A DNA stretch of 63,947 bases, counting the filler, from Malassezia furfur (Eukaryota), in NCBI GenBank assembly GCA_052055015.1. It is 6 parts of 6 records of this genome, joined end to end, with 100 filler letters (N's around TTAATTAATTAA, not from the genome) between each part and the next. Parts side by side here need not be neighbours in the genome. Positions count along the whole stretch, not along the records: positions 21,919 to 32,696 come from JBQJIT010000386.1; 5 more parts are not named here. One strand, given 5' to 3'. Within the stretch, counting starts at the first letter, position 1. Each line of letters begins with the position of its first letter. Below, in pieces: positions 21,973 to 32,696 of the stretch. Below the pieces are notes generated by a model. That model did no database searches. It saw only the letters and a program-made list of their open reading frames with translations, and was not told the DNA's origin. A program made the translations under genes and the position numbers.

Positions 21973-23735
21973 ACCCTGCTTTACTTTTCATATGGACAAG
22001 TCTCTAACGTGGGTATGTTTTTACAGGCTATGGTGAGTAGTGGGTTCATCTCGGGGGTGCTTCACATATTGTAATTTTGACCGATCATGAAATTTGTGCT
22101 CAATTGGTATGATTTCGATGCTTCCTTTTTATCTGGCAAATCAATTCTTTCCGCCATTACCGATATTGATCTCAGCACAACGGCCAAGAGATGGCAGCCC
22201 AGTTGCATAATCCTTGCAGCTCGGCGAATTGCCTAGGATTCATGCACCAGGTAGGGAATTTACTGTCTCCGTCTAGTCGCAAATCGTTTTGCGTTGATCG
22301 TGCCAAGCGACGTCAGATCACGAGTTCGAGCATCCGCCCAGGCGCCGAAGGGGGCCCTGTGTAAAGGTGCGCCTAAACCCATGAGTTGTCGTAAGTCACA
22401 TGAAGCGAAGGCTATGGTACGCATGTGATTTGTGCCCCGTGATTGTGTTCCGGATGGTGCTATTCGCAATAGTACAGGAGGTTGTTAAATTCAGATGCAT
22501 GAAAATAGGGCAAATTCGACTCAATTGTGGATGTGGAGAACCCGCCGAAATATGGATACTGGCAAGGTCGGCAGGTATTCGGATGGCCAAAAGGGCACTG
22601 TAGATTGAATTAGCGTGCGGCGCACCATTCGCGCCGATATCAAGATGGAATAGGTACAAAATGTTGTCTGCATCCCATTTTGCTCCTTCTCTCCGTGTTG
22701 TCTCAAGATCCTTTTCTTTCTGGCTGGCAAGAGCAAGATTGGGCGAAATAACAATTAACATCTGGTTCACACATATTCTTTCAATTTCGTTCCAACATGG
22801 ATTCGATTCTGATAGTTTCCTTGAGCGATTCGTGTTCTTCCCGTAAACAAACTCGCACTCGACGAGCCGGTTTTGAGTAGTGCGCACTGGCCACCTGGAC
22901 CACTCGGCCGAAGCAGATACTCTTTCTAAGCTTTGGCTTTTCGCTTGGCATATCAGAACAACATGCAAGGTTGATCGTTTTTACGAAGTAGCGCGATAGG
23001 GAAATAAGCAATGCGCTAGTAGACCTACGAGTCAGACGTGCTGTTATTGTAGACTTCAAAAGCAGAGCTTGTTACAATACTTTTTATCGCTGATAGTTTG
23101 TTTCCACATTCTTCTTCATGTATGGCACATTAACACTACTATGTACCTGAGAAAGTCACTCATACCAGAGAAGGTATGCCGGAACTCCATGGAACTAGCC
23201 TAGAGCGCCTGCGTGGGCTGAGGGGGAGTAGACGCCCCTGAAGGATGACGAACCATGTAAGCTCCTTCGAGGAGCATGTTAGGCACTTGAGGCGCAGGGT
23301 AACGGAACCTAACCCGGGGTGAAATCACTCGTGCCTTGGCTTGACGCGCCTATCGAAAACATAATTGGACGAAGTTTCTATTTTTAGGTCATTGTATTTC
23401 GTAAGCGTTCAGTTTGAGGGTATCGAGCCTGTAGGCGCAATGCCTAAAGTCAAAATCGTACGATGAACTATTATGGAAAGTGAGCGAGATACAGACCACT
23501 AAGAGGGCTCGCTGAATCGTATTGCGTCGCTTGCAAGCGGCGTCGTTCTTGGACTCCGAGCGGTTGACGTAGCCTATTGTAAATAGAACGCGGGACGCGA
23601 GGAAGTGGCATGCAGTTCCGCGGAATGGATCGGCTTTGCTTTGGAGTCCAAAGGGAGGTTCGCCCACGCTTTGTTTGTATAAGTGAGACTCGATTCCTTC
23701 TGTTGTTTGGTTTGCACCAACCTGCCTAAGACTTG

Positions 23736-25340
23736 ATGCCATCGTTTTACGAAAATACGGCATTCGGAGATGTGCTTTATTATGTTACGCGGGGAAAGGT
23801 AGGCCGATCCCGTTCCCCGCTGCACGACAGCCCGGACCGTGACAAATACTTTAAGGTGAACGAGGAGACGGGCGAGATTATTGTGGACTGGTATGGTCCT
23901 GATGACCCCGAGAATCCGTACAACTGGTCCCTCCTCTACAAGATGTTTGTGACGTTCCTGCTGTTCATCATGACCATGTCCGTGTACATGGGCAGCAGCA
24001 TTGTTGCACCAAGCATTCCCTACCTTGCTCGTACCTTTAATGTTTCTCTCACGGTGGGTATGCTTGCCATGTCGCTCTTTGTGTGGGCCTATGGCTTTGG
24101 CCCCATGGTCCTCGCGCCTATTACGGAAATTTCCTGGGTAGGCCGGAACGGTCCCTATATTCTTGGCCTGGGTCTGTTTACGATCATGCAGATCCCGAAT
24201 GCGCTGGTGAACAATTTTGCTGGCTACCTGGTCCTTCGCTTTATCTCTGGGTTTGTCGGAAGCCCTGTGCTGGCAACGGGTGGTGCGACGATCGGCGATA
24301 TTTGGCGCATTAATGGCGGATTTATGAACGGTTTGGCGTTCTGGGGTATTGGCGCGTGCGGTGGCCCTACCATGGGTCCCGTCATTTCCAGCTTTGCCGT
24401 GGAGTTCAAAGGCTGGCGGTGGTCGATCTGGCCGCTGCTGTGTCTCAATGGCATTGTGTGGATTACACTGTTCTTTGCGCTGCCCGAGACCAGCAGCGCA
24501 GCGATCCTGACGCGCCGTGCGTCGCTGTTGCGCGACCGGACTGGCAACACCAAGTATCGTTCGCGTGGTGAAATCCAGGACCGCCAGGTGTCGCTGAAGA
24601 AGCTGGTCGTCGAGACGCTCTACCGTCCCATCCTGCTTACCTTTACGGAGCCTGTGCTGTTCTGCACGGACCTGTACATTGCGTACACGTATGGGATTGT
24701 GTATGCCTTCTTCGAGGCGTTCCCCCTGGCGTTCATGGTGCGGCACCGGTTCTCGCTGGGCGTGACCGGCGTTACGTACATTACGGGCTACATTGGCTGT
24801 GTCATTACGGTGGCGATCTACTGCTACTACAACTCGACAGTGGTGGCTCCGCGCTTGCGGCGGGGCAACTGGAAGCCCGAGTACCGTATGGAGCCTGCGA
24901 TTGTGGGCGGCTTGATGTTCCCCATTGCCATGTTCTGGTTTGGGTGGACGTCGTTTTCGGGCGTGCACTGGATTGTGCCGATGATTGCGTTTGCCTTTTT
25001 CGCCGGGAGCATTTTCCTGCTCTTCCTCGGGTTCTTGTCGTACATTGGCGAGATGTACCCTCGGTACCTGGCCTCGGCGTACGCCAGCAATGGCCTGTTC
25101 CGTGCGCTCGTGGGTGGTGCCTTCCCCCTGTTTTCCCGGCAGATGTTTGAGACTCTGACGCTGCAGGGTGGGTGCAGTCTGCTCGGCGGTCTGGCGATCG
25201 CGCTGATTCCCATCACGTTTACCTTCTACTTTTATGGCCCGAAGCTGCGCGCGATGTCGAAGCGTGCGGGGCAAAAGCAAGAAGTTGGGACGGGCGAGCC
25301 CGAGCCCCAAGCGGTCCTCAAAGGCGAGGAGCAAGCATAG
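23736..25340 (+). CDS. MFS transporter, DHA1 drug:H+ antiporter family
   Basis: VDWYGPDDPENPYNWS, GPMVLAPITE..GR, LRFISGFVGSP, LPET, PEYRM, YPRYLASAYASNGLFR. Intronless. Confidence 0.93.
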   Translation: MPSFYENTAFGDVLYYVTRGKVGRSRSPLHDSPDRDKYFKVNEETGEIIVDWYGPDDPENPYNWSLLYKMFVTFLLFIMTMSVYMGSSIVAPSIPYLARTFNVSLTVGMLAMSLFVWAYGFGPMVLAPITEISWVGRNGPYILGLGLFTIMQIPNALVNNFAGYLVLRFISGFVGSPVLATGGATIGDIWRINGGFMNGLAFWGIGACGGPTMGPVISSFAVEFKGWRWSIWPLLCLNGIVWITLFFALPETSSAAILTRRASLLRDRTGNTKYRSRGEIQDRQVSLKKLVVETLYRPILLTFTEPVLFCTDLYIAYTYGIVYAFFEAFPLAFMVRHRFSLGVTGVTYITGYIGCVITVAIYCYYNSTVVAPRLRRGNWKPEYRMEPAIVGGLMFPIAMFWFGWTSFSGVHWIVPMIAFAFFAGSIFLLFLGFLSYIGEMYPRYLASAYASNGLFRALVGGAFPLFSRQMFETLTLQGGCSLLGGLAIALIPITFTFYFYGPKLRAMSKRAGQKQEVGTGEPEPQAVLKGEEQA

Positions 25341-25504
25341 CAACGTGTAGATAAGTATGTACATGCCGCGATGCCGCACCGCGCGGGTCGCCGTGAACGG
25401 AACCGCCGAATACGGGGCCTATGGTATATAAGACACGTTCCTCACGTCCCGGGTGGCCATATCGTATATGTTTGGGCGGCGCGGCGTGCGGAGGGCGCAC
25501 GGGC

Positions 25505-27217
25505 CTAGTCGCGGTACTCGGGCGGGTAGCCGTACGCGTTGTGGTCGTGCAGCGCCTTGGCCGACACGCTGAGCATGTCCGGCACGCCGTACTTTTCGAC
25601 ACAGACGGTGAGGATGTGCAGAGGGATGTCGCCCTTGAGCTCGCTCAGCACCCTGTCGAGCTCCTTCTCGGTGTTGACCCGGATGGACTTGCTGTACTCG
25701 CCCTTGGGGTCCATGACGTCCATCAGCCGCGCATAGTCCCAGTGCACGACGTGGTTGTAGTCGCGGTCGCGGCCGTGGAGGATCCGCTCGATTTCGTAGC
25801 CGTCGTTGTCGAGCACACAGACGATGACGTTGCGCGCCTTCATGCGGATCAGCGCCGAGAGGTCCTGCACGGTCATCTGCAGCGAGCCATCGCCGACAAA
25901 CAGGATGACGCGGCCCGACTTGTCGCTCGGGCGGTTCGACGCATCGCGCACCGAATGCGCCGCGCCGACCGTCGCGCCGACCGACCAGCCAATCGACTCG
26001 TAGAGCTGCTGCGCAAGCACCTGGCAGTCCTTGCGGAGGTGCAGGTTGGGCAGCGCATACCCCGACGTGCCCGTCTCGGCGAGCACGACGTCGCCCGGCT
26101 CGAGGAACGCACTGAACCGCGCCCAGAGGTACTGCTGCCGCGCAATGTCGTCGGTCGACTGCGGGACCGACGGCGGCTGGTTGGCCTGCACGTTCTGCGG
26201 CGGCAGGTCGGACGCCGCGAGCGTCTCGAGGACGTGGGCGATGCGGTGCACCGGCACAGGCGCGTCAGTGAGCACCGTCGCCTCGTAAATGTTGAGTTCG
26301 ATCAGGCGGTCTGCGGGGAAGTTGGCCGAGTAGGCGCCCGTGTTGTTGTCCGACGGGAAGTAGCCGATGCGCACGACGAGGTCGGCGCTGTCCACACGCT
26401 GCGCGACGCCCGCTTCCGACTGTTTGCCGATGTACGTCCCGGCAAAGTACGGCTCGGTCTCGTTCGCGATGCCCTTGCCCAGCGGCGTCGTAAAGGTCAT
26501 CAGGCGGAACTGGTCGAGCACCTTGCGCATCGCATCGACGTGCCGGTGGTGGAGGAGCCCCGCGTCCACCACCAGGATCGGCGACTTGGCTTTCTTGAGC
26601 GCGTCGACGATGCGCTGCGCCAGCGCTTCGTCGGCCCGGCGCTGATCGTCGCTGTACGCCGGCGGCGCGATGAGGGGCGTCTTGAGGCGCTCCTCGGGGA
26701 TGTCGGTGAACGTGACGTCCGTGGGGATCGCAAGGTAGCCCGGCAGACGCGTCGCGATCGACATGCGCAGGACGTGGTCAATGCGATCGGCATCCGCCGG
26801 CGTGCCGTCGAGGAACTCAGCGGCGCACGCAAAGTTGCGCGCCGCATCGAGGTACACCATATAGTTGCCGTTCGCGAGCGAATGGTGCACCGGGAGGCGC
26901 TTCTTGTACTCCCACAAGGGTGGGAAGCCTGCGATGTGCAGCAGAGGCGAGCGTTCCGCGTACGCACCGGCGACACCGTTGATTGCCGAGAGCTCGCCGA
27001 CGCCGTAGGTCGTTAGGAACGCAGCAAACCCGCGCACGCGCGAATAAGCGTCGGCCGCGTACGCGGCGTTGAGCTCGTTCGTGTTGCCGGCCCAGGCCAT
27101 ATCCGGCATATCGTCCGTCAGGTCGCACAGACCGAAGTTGAAGTCGCCCGGGCAGCCGAACATGGTGTCGACTCCCAGCTGCTTTAGGCGTTCAAGGAGG
27201 TAGCTGCCGAGATACAT
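25505..27217 (-). CDS. ThDP-dependent 2-oxoacid decarboxylase (pyruvate/indolepyruvate decarboxylase family)
   Basis: YLLERLKQLGV..FGCPGDFN, NELNAAYAADAY, TTYGVGELSAINGVAGAYAE, HHSL, AETGTS and ThDP motif GDGSLQMT...DNDGYEIER. Confidence 0.95.
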   Translation of the reverse strand: MYLGSYLLERLKQLGVDTMFGCPGDFNFGLCDLTDDMPDMAWAGNTNELNAAYAADAYSRVRGFAAFLTTYGVGELSAINGVAGAYAERSPLLHIAGFPPLWEYKKRLPVHHSLANGNYMVYLDAARNFACAAEFLDGTPADADRIDHVLRMSIATRLPGYLAIPTDVTFTDIPEERLKTPLIAPPAYSDDQRRADEALAQRIVDALKKAKSPILVVDAGLLHHRHVDAMRKVLDQFRLMTFTTPLGKGIANETEPYFAGTYIGKQSEAGVAQRVDSADLVVRIGYFPSDNNTGAYSANFPADRLIELNIYEATVLTDAPVPVHRIAHVLETLAASDLPPQNVQANQPPSVPQSTDDIARQQYLWARFSAFLEPGDVVLAETGTSGYALPNLHLRKDCQVLAQQLYESIGWSVGATVGAAHSVRDASNRPSDKSGRVILFVGDGSLQMTVQDLSALIRMKARNVIVCVLDNDGYEIERILHGRDRDYNHVVHWDYARLMDVMDPKGEYSKSIRVNTEKELDRVLSELKGDIPLHILTVCVEKYGVPDMLSVSAKALHDHNAYGYPPEYRD

Positions 27218-27807
27218 GATGGAGATCGATGTCCGAGGCAAGCGTGGTGAGACGTCAGGAAGAACCCGAGCTTTGTCCCGTATGCATGCGAACGGGCCTG
27301 CTCAAGATGAATTGCGCAAAATTATCGGGGCGTGCGCACTGATCACCCGTCGGGACCAGTGGTTGGCCCCATTGGCTCAGCGCACGCAGCCGGGTTAGTG
27401 CAAGAGACCTTGCGTCCAATCAGGTTGCGGGGCAAGAAAAAGGACATGCACCATACTACCTGAACACGCAAAGGCGTCGGCCAAACCAGGGCAGCGACCT
27501 GTACGCCCTCCGCACAAATACGTCATGCGGTGGTGTTTAGGACAGCCGTAGGAGTCCAAGCTACGGAGAGAACGAGGGGTCTATTGCTCAATGGTTCCTG
27601 AGGCAGACTTGGAGCCCAAGATACCGGTAGCGTGTTGGCCCTTTCCGAGTAAGCGCCTCCCGTGCAACGGGTTTGCACCAGCATCGCCTATGGCTTGACC
27701 CGTTTGCATTGCTCCGTGTCCCCACCGTTTCCCCATATGCGTTTGTGTCACCATACATTGGTCATAAATTAGGAATCGTATCTACAAAAACAAGAAGCTG
27801 TGGGGTA

Positions 27808-28953
27808 TCAAATGAGCTTTCCCTGCAGCTCCTCGCGGCGTGACCGGCTGTTCGGGTCAAAGTATGGGCGCTCGCCACACGACACGGCCCGCACACCCGA
27901 CCGCGGACCCAGGTCGAAGTAGTCGGGCGTCGCTGCGTGGTAGGTCGACCGGTTGTCCCAGATCGCGAGATCGTTCTTGCCCCAGCGGTAGCGCAGCTGC
28001 GTTGCGTGGTTCTGCGTGACGAGGTCACGGATGTAGCGCTTGAGCATGTCGCTCTCGTCGGGCGAAACACCCACCACCCGGTTGAAGTGGTGGCCAATGC
28101 CGTACACCGACTTCCAGCCCGTCACGGGATTGGTGCGGATGATGGGGTGCTCGGTGGTGAGGTGCGTGCCGACGTTGTCCGCCGCGCCACGCGGGCCGGG
28201 GTGCAGGGGGTAGCCGAACCGCGCGGCCGACTCGACAAACTCCGGCGGGTAGTAGAAGCCGTTGAGCTTCTCAAACAGCTCGCGGAAGGGCGGCGAGAGC
28301 AGGTCGTACACCTCGTACCCACTCGCCCACATGGTGTCGCCACCGGTGTGGGGCAGCGTGTGTACCTTGAGCGAAGTGTAGTCCGCGGGCACCGGCTCAA
28401 AAGCAATGTCGCTGTGCCATTCGTCGGCGCCCGAGCGGGGCGCAACCTCGAGCGAGCGGTGCAGGTTGCTCGAGATGACGCTGATTTCGTTGTCCTTGTT
28501 GGCCGTGCCCTTCTCGTCCACGACCTGGTCCTTGCCGCCGCGCTCTGCGTTGAACACGGGGTGGATGTGCAGACCCGAGCTCGCCGGCTTGCCCGTGAGG
28601 TGGCCGAGGCGGTTCGTGAGGAACTTCTGCTCGTCGGCGGTCAGGTCCTGGTTCTTGAAGAACACGACACCGCGGCGCGAGATGACGATGGCCAGGTCGC
28701 GGATCAGCTCGTCGGCCTTCTCGTGGTTGACAAGGTCGCGGAGCTGCAGCGTAGGGTAGGTGCGGCCCATGACCGGCGTCAGCTCGTCGAACTCGTAGAG
28801 GCTGTCGAGGAGACCCGACGCCTGCAGCGGAGCACGCGGCGCAATAGACGACTCCGTCTGGGGAATCTTGGCATTCTTGATGGCGTTCTTGGCGTCCTTG
28901 GTCGGAGCCGTGGTCTCGTCAACGCGGGGGGCGATCTGGACTGCGGGTGCCAT
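27808..28953 (-). CDS. Fe(II)/2-oxoglutarate dioxygenase, TauD/JLP1 family
   Basis: RGVVFFKNQ, WHSDIAFE (HxD), GGDTMWASGY, HPIIRTNPVTGWK, AIWDNRSTYH. Confidence 0.95.
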   Translation of the reverse strand: MAPAVQIAPRVDETTAPTKDAKNAIKNAKIPQTESSIAPRAPLQASGLLDSLYEFDELTPVMGRTYPTLQLRDLVNHEKADELIRDLAIVISRRGVVFFKNQDLTADEQKFLTNRLGHLTGKPASSGLHIHPVFNAERGGKDQVVDEKGTANKDNEISVISSNLHRSLEVAPRSGADEWHSDIAFEPVPADYTSLKVHTLPHTGGDTMWASGYEVYDLLSPPFRELFEKLNGFYYPPEFVESAARFGYPLHPGPRGAADNVGTHLTTEHPIIRTNPVTGWKSVYGIGHHFNRVVGVSPDESDMLKRYIRDLVTQNHATQLRYRWGKNDLAIWDNRSTYHAATPDYFDLGPRSGVRAVSCGERPYFDPNSRSRREELQGKLI

Positions 28954-29713
28954 GTTGAACTGAGGGTCTACAAGTGCGGAGACCGACCAACTTTTATACG
29001 GTGTTTTGCCATCGAACAGCTTCCACGGGACTTATCAGGATGTCGGCGCTTGCGTGCGCACATCGCTGCTCCATTGTGAATTTGCCCTAGCAATCACACC
29101 AGCGCCCGTCATGTTCTGCCCTTTCTCCACATGTCGAAGGACTGCAAGCATGTCATTGCGGCAATTGCGCTGCGCGAATGGCACAATCCCTCCACATGAT
29201 GGCCGGCTTCGGGGCAAGGAAGCACGCGCCTCACCGCCACTTGTGGAGCAGGCGCATCGCTGAACGAGCGAAATGACGTGCTTGTCCGATAGAAGCCCAC
29301 CGTCCGTGCACCCGGGTTCCATGGCCCGGCCATTTGATTTGCGGATGAGTGCGGGGTGATCGAGCGACACCTGGGCCACCGAGCCGCAGGGTCAGCGAAA
29401 TGGCGCGATCCACAGGATCGATCCGGGCGGTGAGCGGGGCACAGGGGCGGGGGTGACTATGTCGCGGCCGTCGTTTTGTGGGGTAAGTGCGCCTAGCGGT
29501 GCTTTGGATGCGCTGGCGCCGACAGTGCACATGCGCTACTGGTGCACCAACGGCGCGCCGGTGGTGGTGGTGATGGTGCGTGCGCGCCTCTTTGCCATAG
29601 ATGCTCTGCCACAGGTGTTTGTCGTTTTGCTTGCGTCGCATTGGAACTCGCGGGGGCGACGCCAGGATGGCGCTCGCTGGGCGCCTGGGCGCTGGTCTGT
29701 GCACACCTCCACC

Positions 29714-30736
29714 ATGGAGTACGTTTCGCTTGGCACATCTGGCTTGCGTGTGTCCAAGATCATTCTGGGGTGCATGTCCTATGGGACGCCCAAGTGGGTC
29801 GACTGGGTGCTTGACGAGGATGCGTCGATCGAGATGCTGGACCATGCGTACAAGTGTGGCATCAACACGTGGGATACGGCGGATTCCTATAGCATGGGCA
29901 AGTCGGAAGAAGTCATTGGCAAGGCGCTTCGCCAGCTGCAGATTCCGCGCGAGCGCGTCGTGATCATGACCAAGTGCTACTATGGCCTACCACACGATGA
30001 CTCGTACCCCCTCATCCAGGACATGTTCACGAACGAAGGCCCGCTCGTGAATCGCGTAGGGTTGTCCCGGAAGCACATTCTGGATGCGGTTGAGGCGAGT
30101 GTCAAGCGCCTTGGCACGTACATCGACGTGCTGCAAATCCACCGCCTGGACCGCGAGACGCCCAAAGAAGAGATTATGCGTGCGCTCAACGATGTGGTCG
30201 AGAAAGGCTGGGTGCGGTACCTTGGCGCCAGTTCCATGGCCGCATGGGAGTTTCAACAAATGCAGTACATTGCCGAGAAGCACGGCTGGCACAAATTCAT
30301 CTCGATGCAGAACTACTACAACCTGCTGTACCGTGAGGAAGAGCGCGAAATGATTCCCTACTGCCACGCGACGGGTGTGGGAGTCATCCCCTGGTTTGCG
30401 CTCGCCGCAGGCGTCCTAACGCGGCCGTGGAAGGACAGATCGACCAAACGTGTCCAGTCGGACCTGTTTCAACACGTTGTTGTGCACTCGCAGGCGGGCG
30501 ACGCCGACCGCGCGATTGTTGAACGTGTGGAGAAGCTCGCACAGGAGCGGGGGGTCAGCATGGCGCAGATCGCCATCGCGTGGCTGCTGAACAAGGGGGG
30601 CATTGCGCCGCTGCTAGGACTCTCTACGAAAGACCGTATCGACCAGGCCGTCGCGGCGCTCTCGCTCGCGCTGTCGCCCGAGGAGATGGCGTACCTCGAG
30701 GCGCCCTACCGCCCCAAACCGGTTGTGGGTTACTAG
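29714..30736 (+). CDS. Aldo-keto reductase (aryl-alcohol dehydrogenase/VrdA-like), copy 1, intronless
   Basis: LGTSGLRVSKIILGCMSYG, DTADSYS, GLSRKHI, YIDVLQIHR, MQNYYNLLYREEERE. Confidence 0.95.
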   Translation: MEYVSLGTSGLRVSKIILGCMSYGTPKWVDWVLDEDASIEMLDHAYKCGINTWDTADSYSMGKSEEVIGKALRQLQIPRERVVIMTKCYYGLPHDDSYPLIQDMFTNEGPLVNRVGLSRKHILDAVEASVKRLGTYIDVLQIHRLDRETPKEEIMRALNDVVEKGWVRYLGASSMAAWEFQQMQYIAEKHGWHKFISMQNYYNLLYREEEREMIPYCHATGVGVIPWFALAAGVLTRPWKDRSTKRVQSDLFQHVVVHSQAGDADRAIVERVEKLAQERGVSMAQIAIAWLLNKGGIAPLLGLSTKDRIDQAVAALSLALSPEEMAYLEAPYRPKPVVGY

Positions 30737-30790
30737 AGTGGAGGTCGAAGGCCCGTGCTGCCGTTTAAGGCCCCGTCGTTTCTTACCATC

Positions 30791-31835
30791 ATGGAATACG
30801 TCAAGTAGGTGCAGTCACTAAGACAGCTTGGGCAACTCGGGTCTGAAGGTGTCGCGCATCATCCTAGGATGCATGTCGTACGGCACGTCGGAGTGGCAGT
30901 CGTGGGTGCTGGACGAGGAAGCGTCGCTGCCCCTCCTCGAGCGTGCCTACCAGGCGGGCATCAATACGTGGGACACCGCCGATGTGTACAGCATGGGCAA
31001 GTCGGAGGAGATTGTTGGCAAGGCGCTGAAGAAGTACAACATCCCGCGCGAGCGGATTGTGATCCTGTCCAAGTGCTTCTTTGGTGTGACCGACGATGGG
31101 ACGTACCCGATGATTGCGTCGATGGCGAGCAACGACGGCGCAATGGTGAACCGTGTGGGCCTGTCCCGGAAGCACATCTTTGATGCGGTTGAGGCGAGCG
31201 TCAAGCGCCTCGGTACCTACATCGACGTGCTGCAAATCCACCGCCTGGACCGCGAGACGCCGAAAGAAGAGATTATGCGTGCGCTCAACGATGTGATCGA
31301 AAAGGGCTGGGTGCGCTATATTGGTGCGAGCTCGATGGCTGCGTGGGAGTTCCAGCAGCTGCAGAACATTGCCGAGAAGCACGGCTGGCACAAATTCATC
31401 TCGATGCAGAACTACTACAACCTGCTGTACCGTGAGGAGGAGCGCGAGATGATCCCGTACTGCCAGGCGACAGGCGTTGGGCTCGTGCCGTGGTCGCCGA
31501 TCGCGCGCGGAGTGCTGACGCGTCCCTGGACGGAGCGCTCGAGCAAGCGTGAGCAGACGGATGCGATGCTCCAGCGCCTGATCCGCTCGGGCGAATCCGA
31601 GGTCGACCAGGCGATTGTCGGGCGCGTCGAGGAACTGAGTAAGAAGAAAGGCGTGCCGATGGCGCAGGTGGCGATGGCCTGGTGCCTTTCGAAGAAAGGC
31701 GTCAACCCGATTGTCGGCTTGAGCAAGCCGGAGCGCATCGATGAGGCCGTCGGTGCGCTCAAGGTGCAGCTGAGCGACGACGAAGTTGCCTACCTCGAGG
31801 AGCCGTACCGGCCCAAGTTTGTGCAGGGCTACTGA
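30791..31835 (+). CDS. Aldo-keto reductase, copy 2 (intron 30805-30826)
   Basis: Tandem paralog with the same motifs. MEYVN|LGNSG is restored by a 22-nt intron. Confidence 0.95.
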
Positions 31836-32056
31836 AGGGGTACGTAGGGGGCATGGCCCCCTGCCGCGTGCGCTGCCTGCGTGACGCCAACGGCGCGCGA
31901 CGCTGCCCGCCCGGGTGCCTGAGGGCGGCGCACAGGCCACTTACTCATTTCTCATAGGCCCATCGGCGCCGACATATGCATGCTTACGTTTGCGCATGTG
32001 TCGCGCCCCTCGCATTTTTCGCGCGATGGCGCCCCGACGCCTCCCCAAGTGCCTCC

Positions 32057-32670
32057 ATGAAGTGGATTGCGTACGTTGCAGTGTGTGTGCTGCTGGTGCA
32101 GACGGTGTATGCCCAATGTAGGTACCTTGACTCACACAGTCGACGTCAACTCGTGGGTGAGTAGTGCCGCCCAGGGCTGGTCGAATGCGGCGAACAGTGC
32201 TACGCAGGGCTGGTCGAGTGCTGCGAACAGTGCCACACAAGACTGGTCGAGTGCGGTCAACGGCTACTCGCAGAGCGGTTCCTCCGCGTTGCGTACGTAC
32301 GCTTGCTCACCCAGCCACTAGCAGCGCGCCGGTTACGGTCTCGGTGTACGACCCGAATCTTTCCTACAGCAAGGCCATTGGCACGCTGCTGACGTACGGT
32401 GCGAGCGCCCAGTCGCTGTCGCAGTACGTTGCGTCCAAGTATGCGTCGGACCCGAGCGGCGCCTCGAGTTTCCTCTCGTCGGTGTCTGCGTCAGCGCAGA
32501 AGAGCAACACCGCGAACCAGTTCGACAGCCAGGGCTCGTCGACCGGTACGGCGAACGCCGCGGACCCCAGCGGATCAAACGGTGGGATGGTCCATGTGCC
32601 TGCGGGCCCGCTTACAGTGCTGTGCACGTGCCTTGTCGCGCTGCTGGGCGCCGGCGTCGTCTTTTTGTAA
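32057..32670 (+). CDS. Secreted Ser-rich, probably GPI-anchored protein (two short introns)
   Basis: Signal peptide MKWIAYVAVCVLLVQTVYAQ, three 11-aa repeats (SATQGWSSAAN), and a hydrophobic C-terminus after SNG. Confidence 0.75.
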
Positions 32671-32696
32671 TGTAGTTGGATAGTCGGCCAATTTTT

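Noticed and set aside
22396..22968. 190-aa ORF in the subtelomeric block
   Set aside because: No motifs, and composition is unlike genes in this window.
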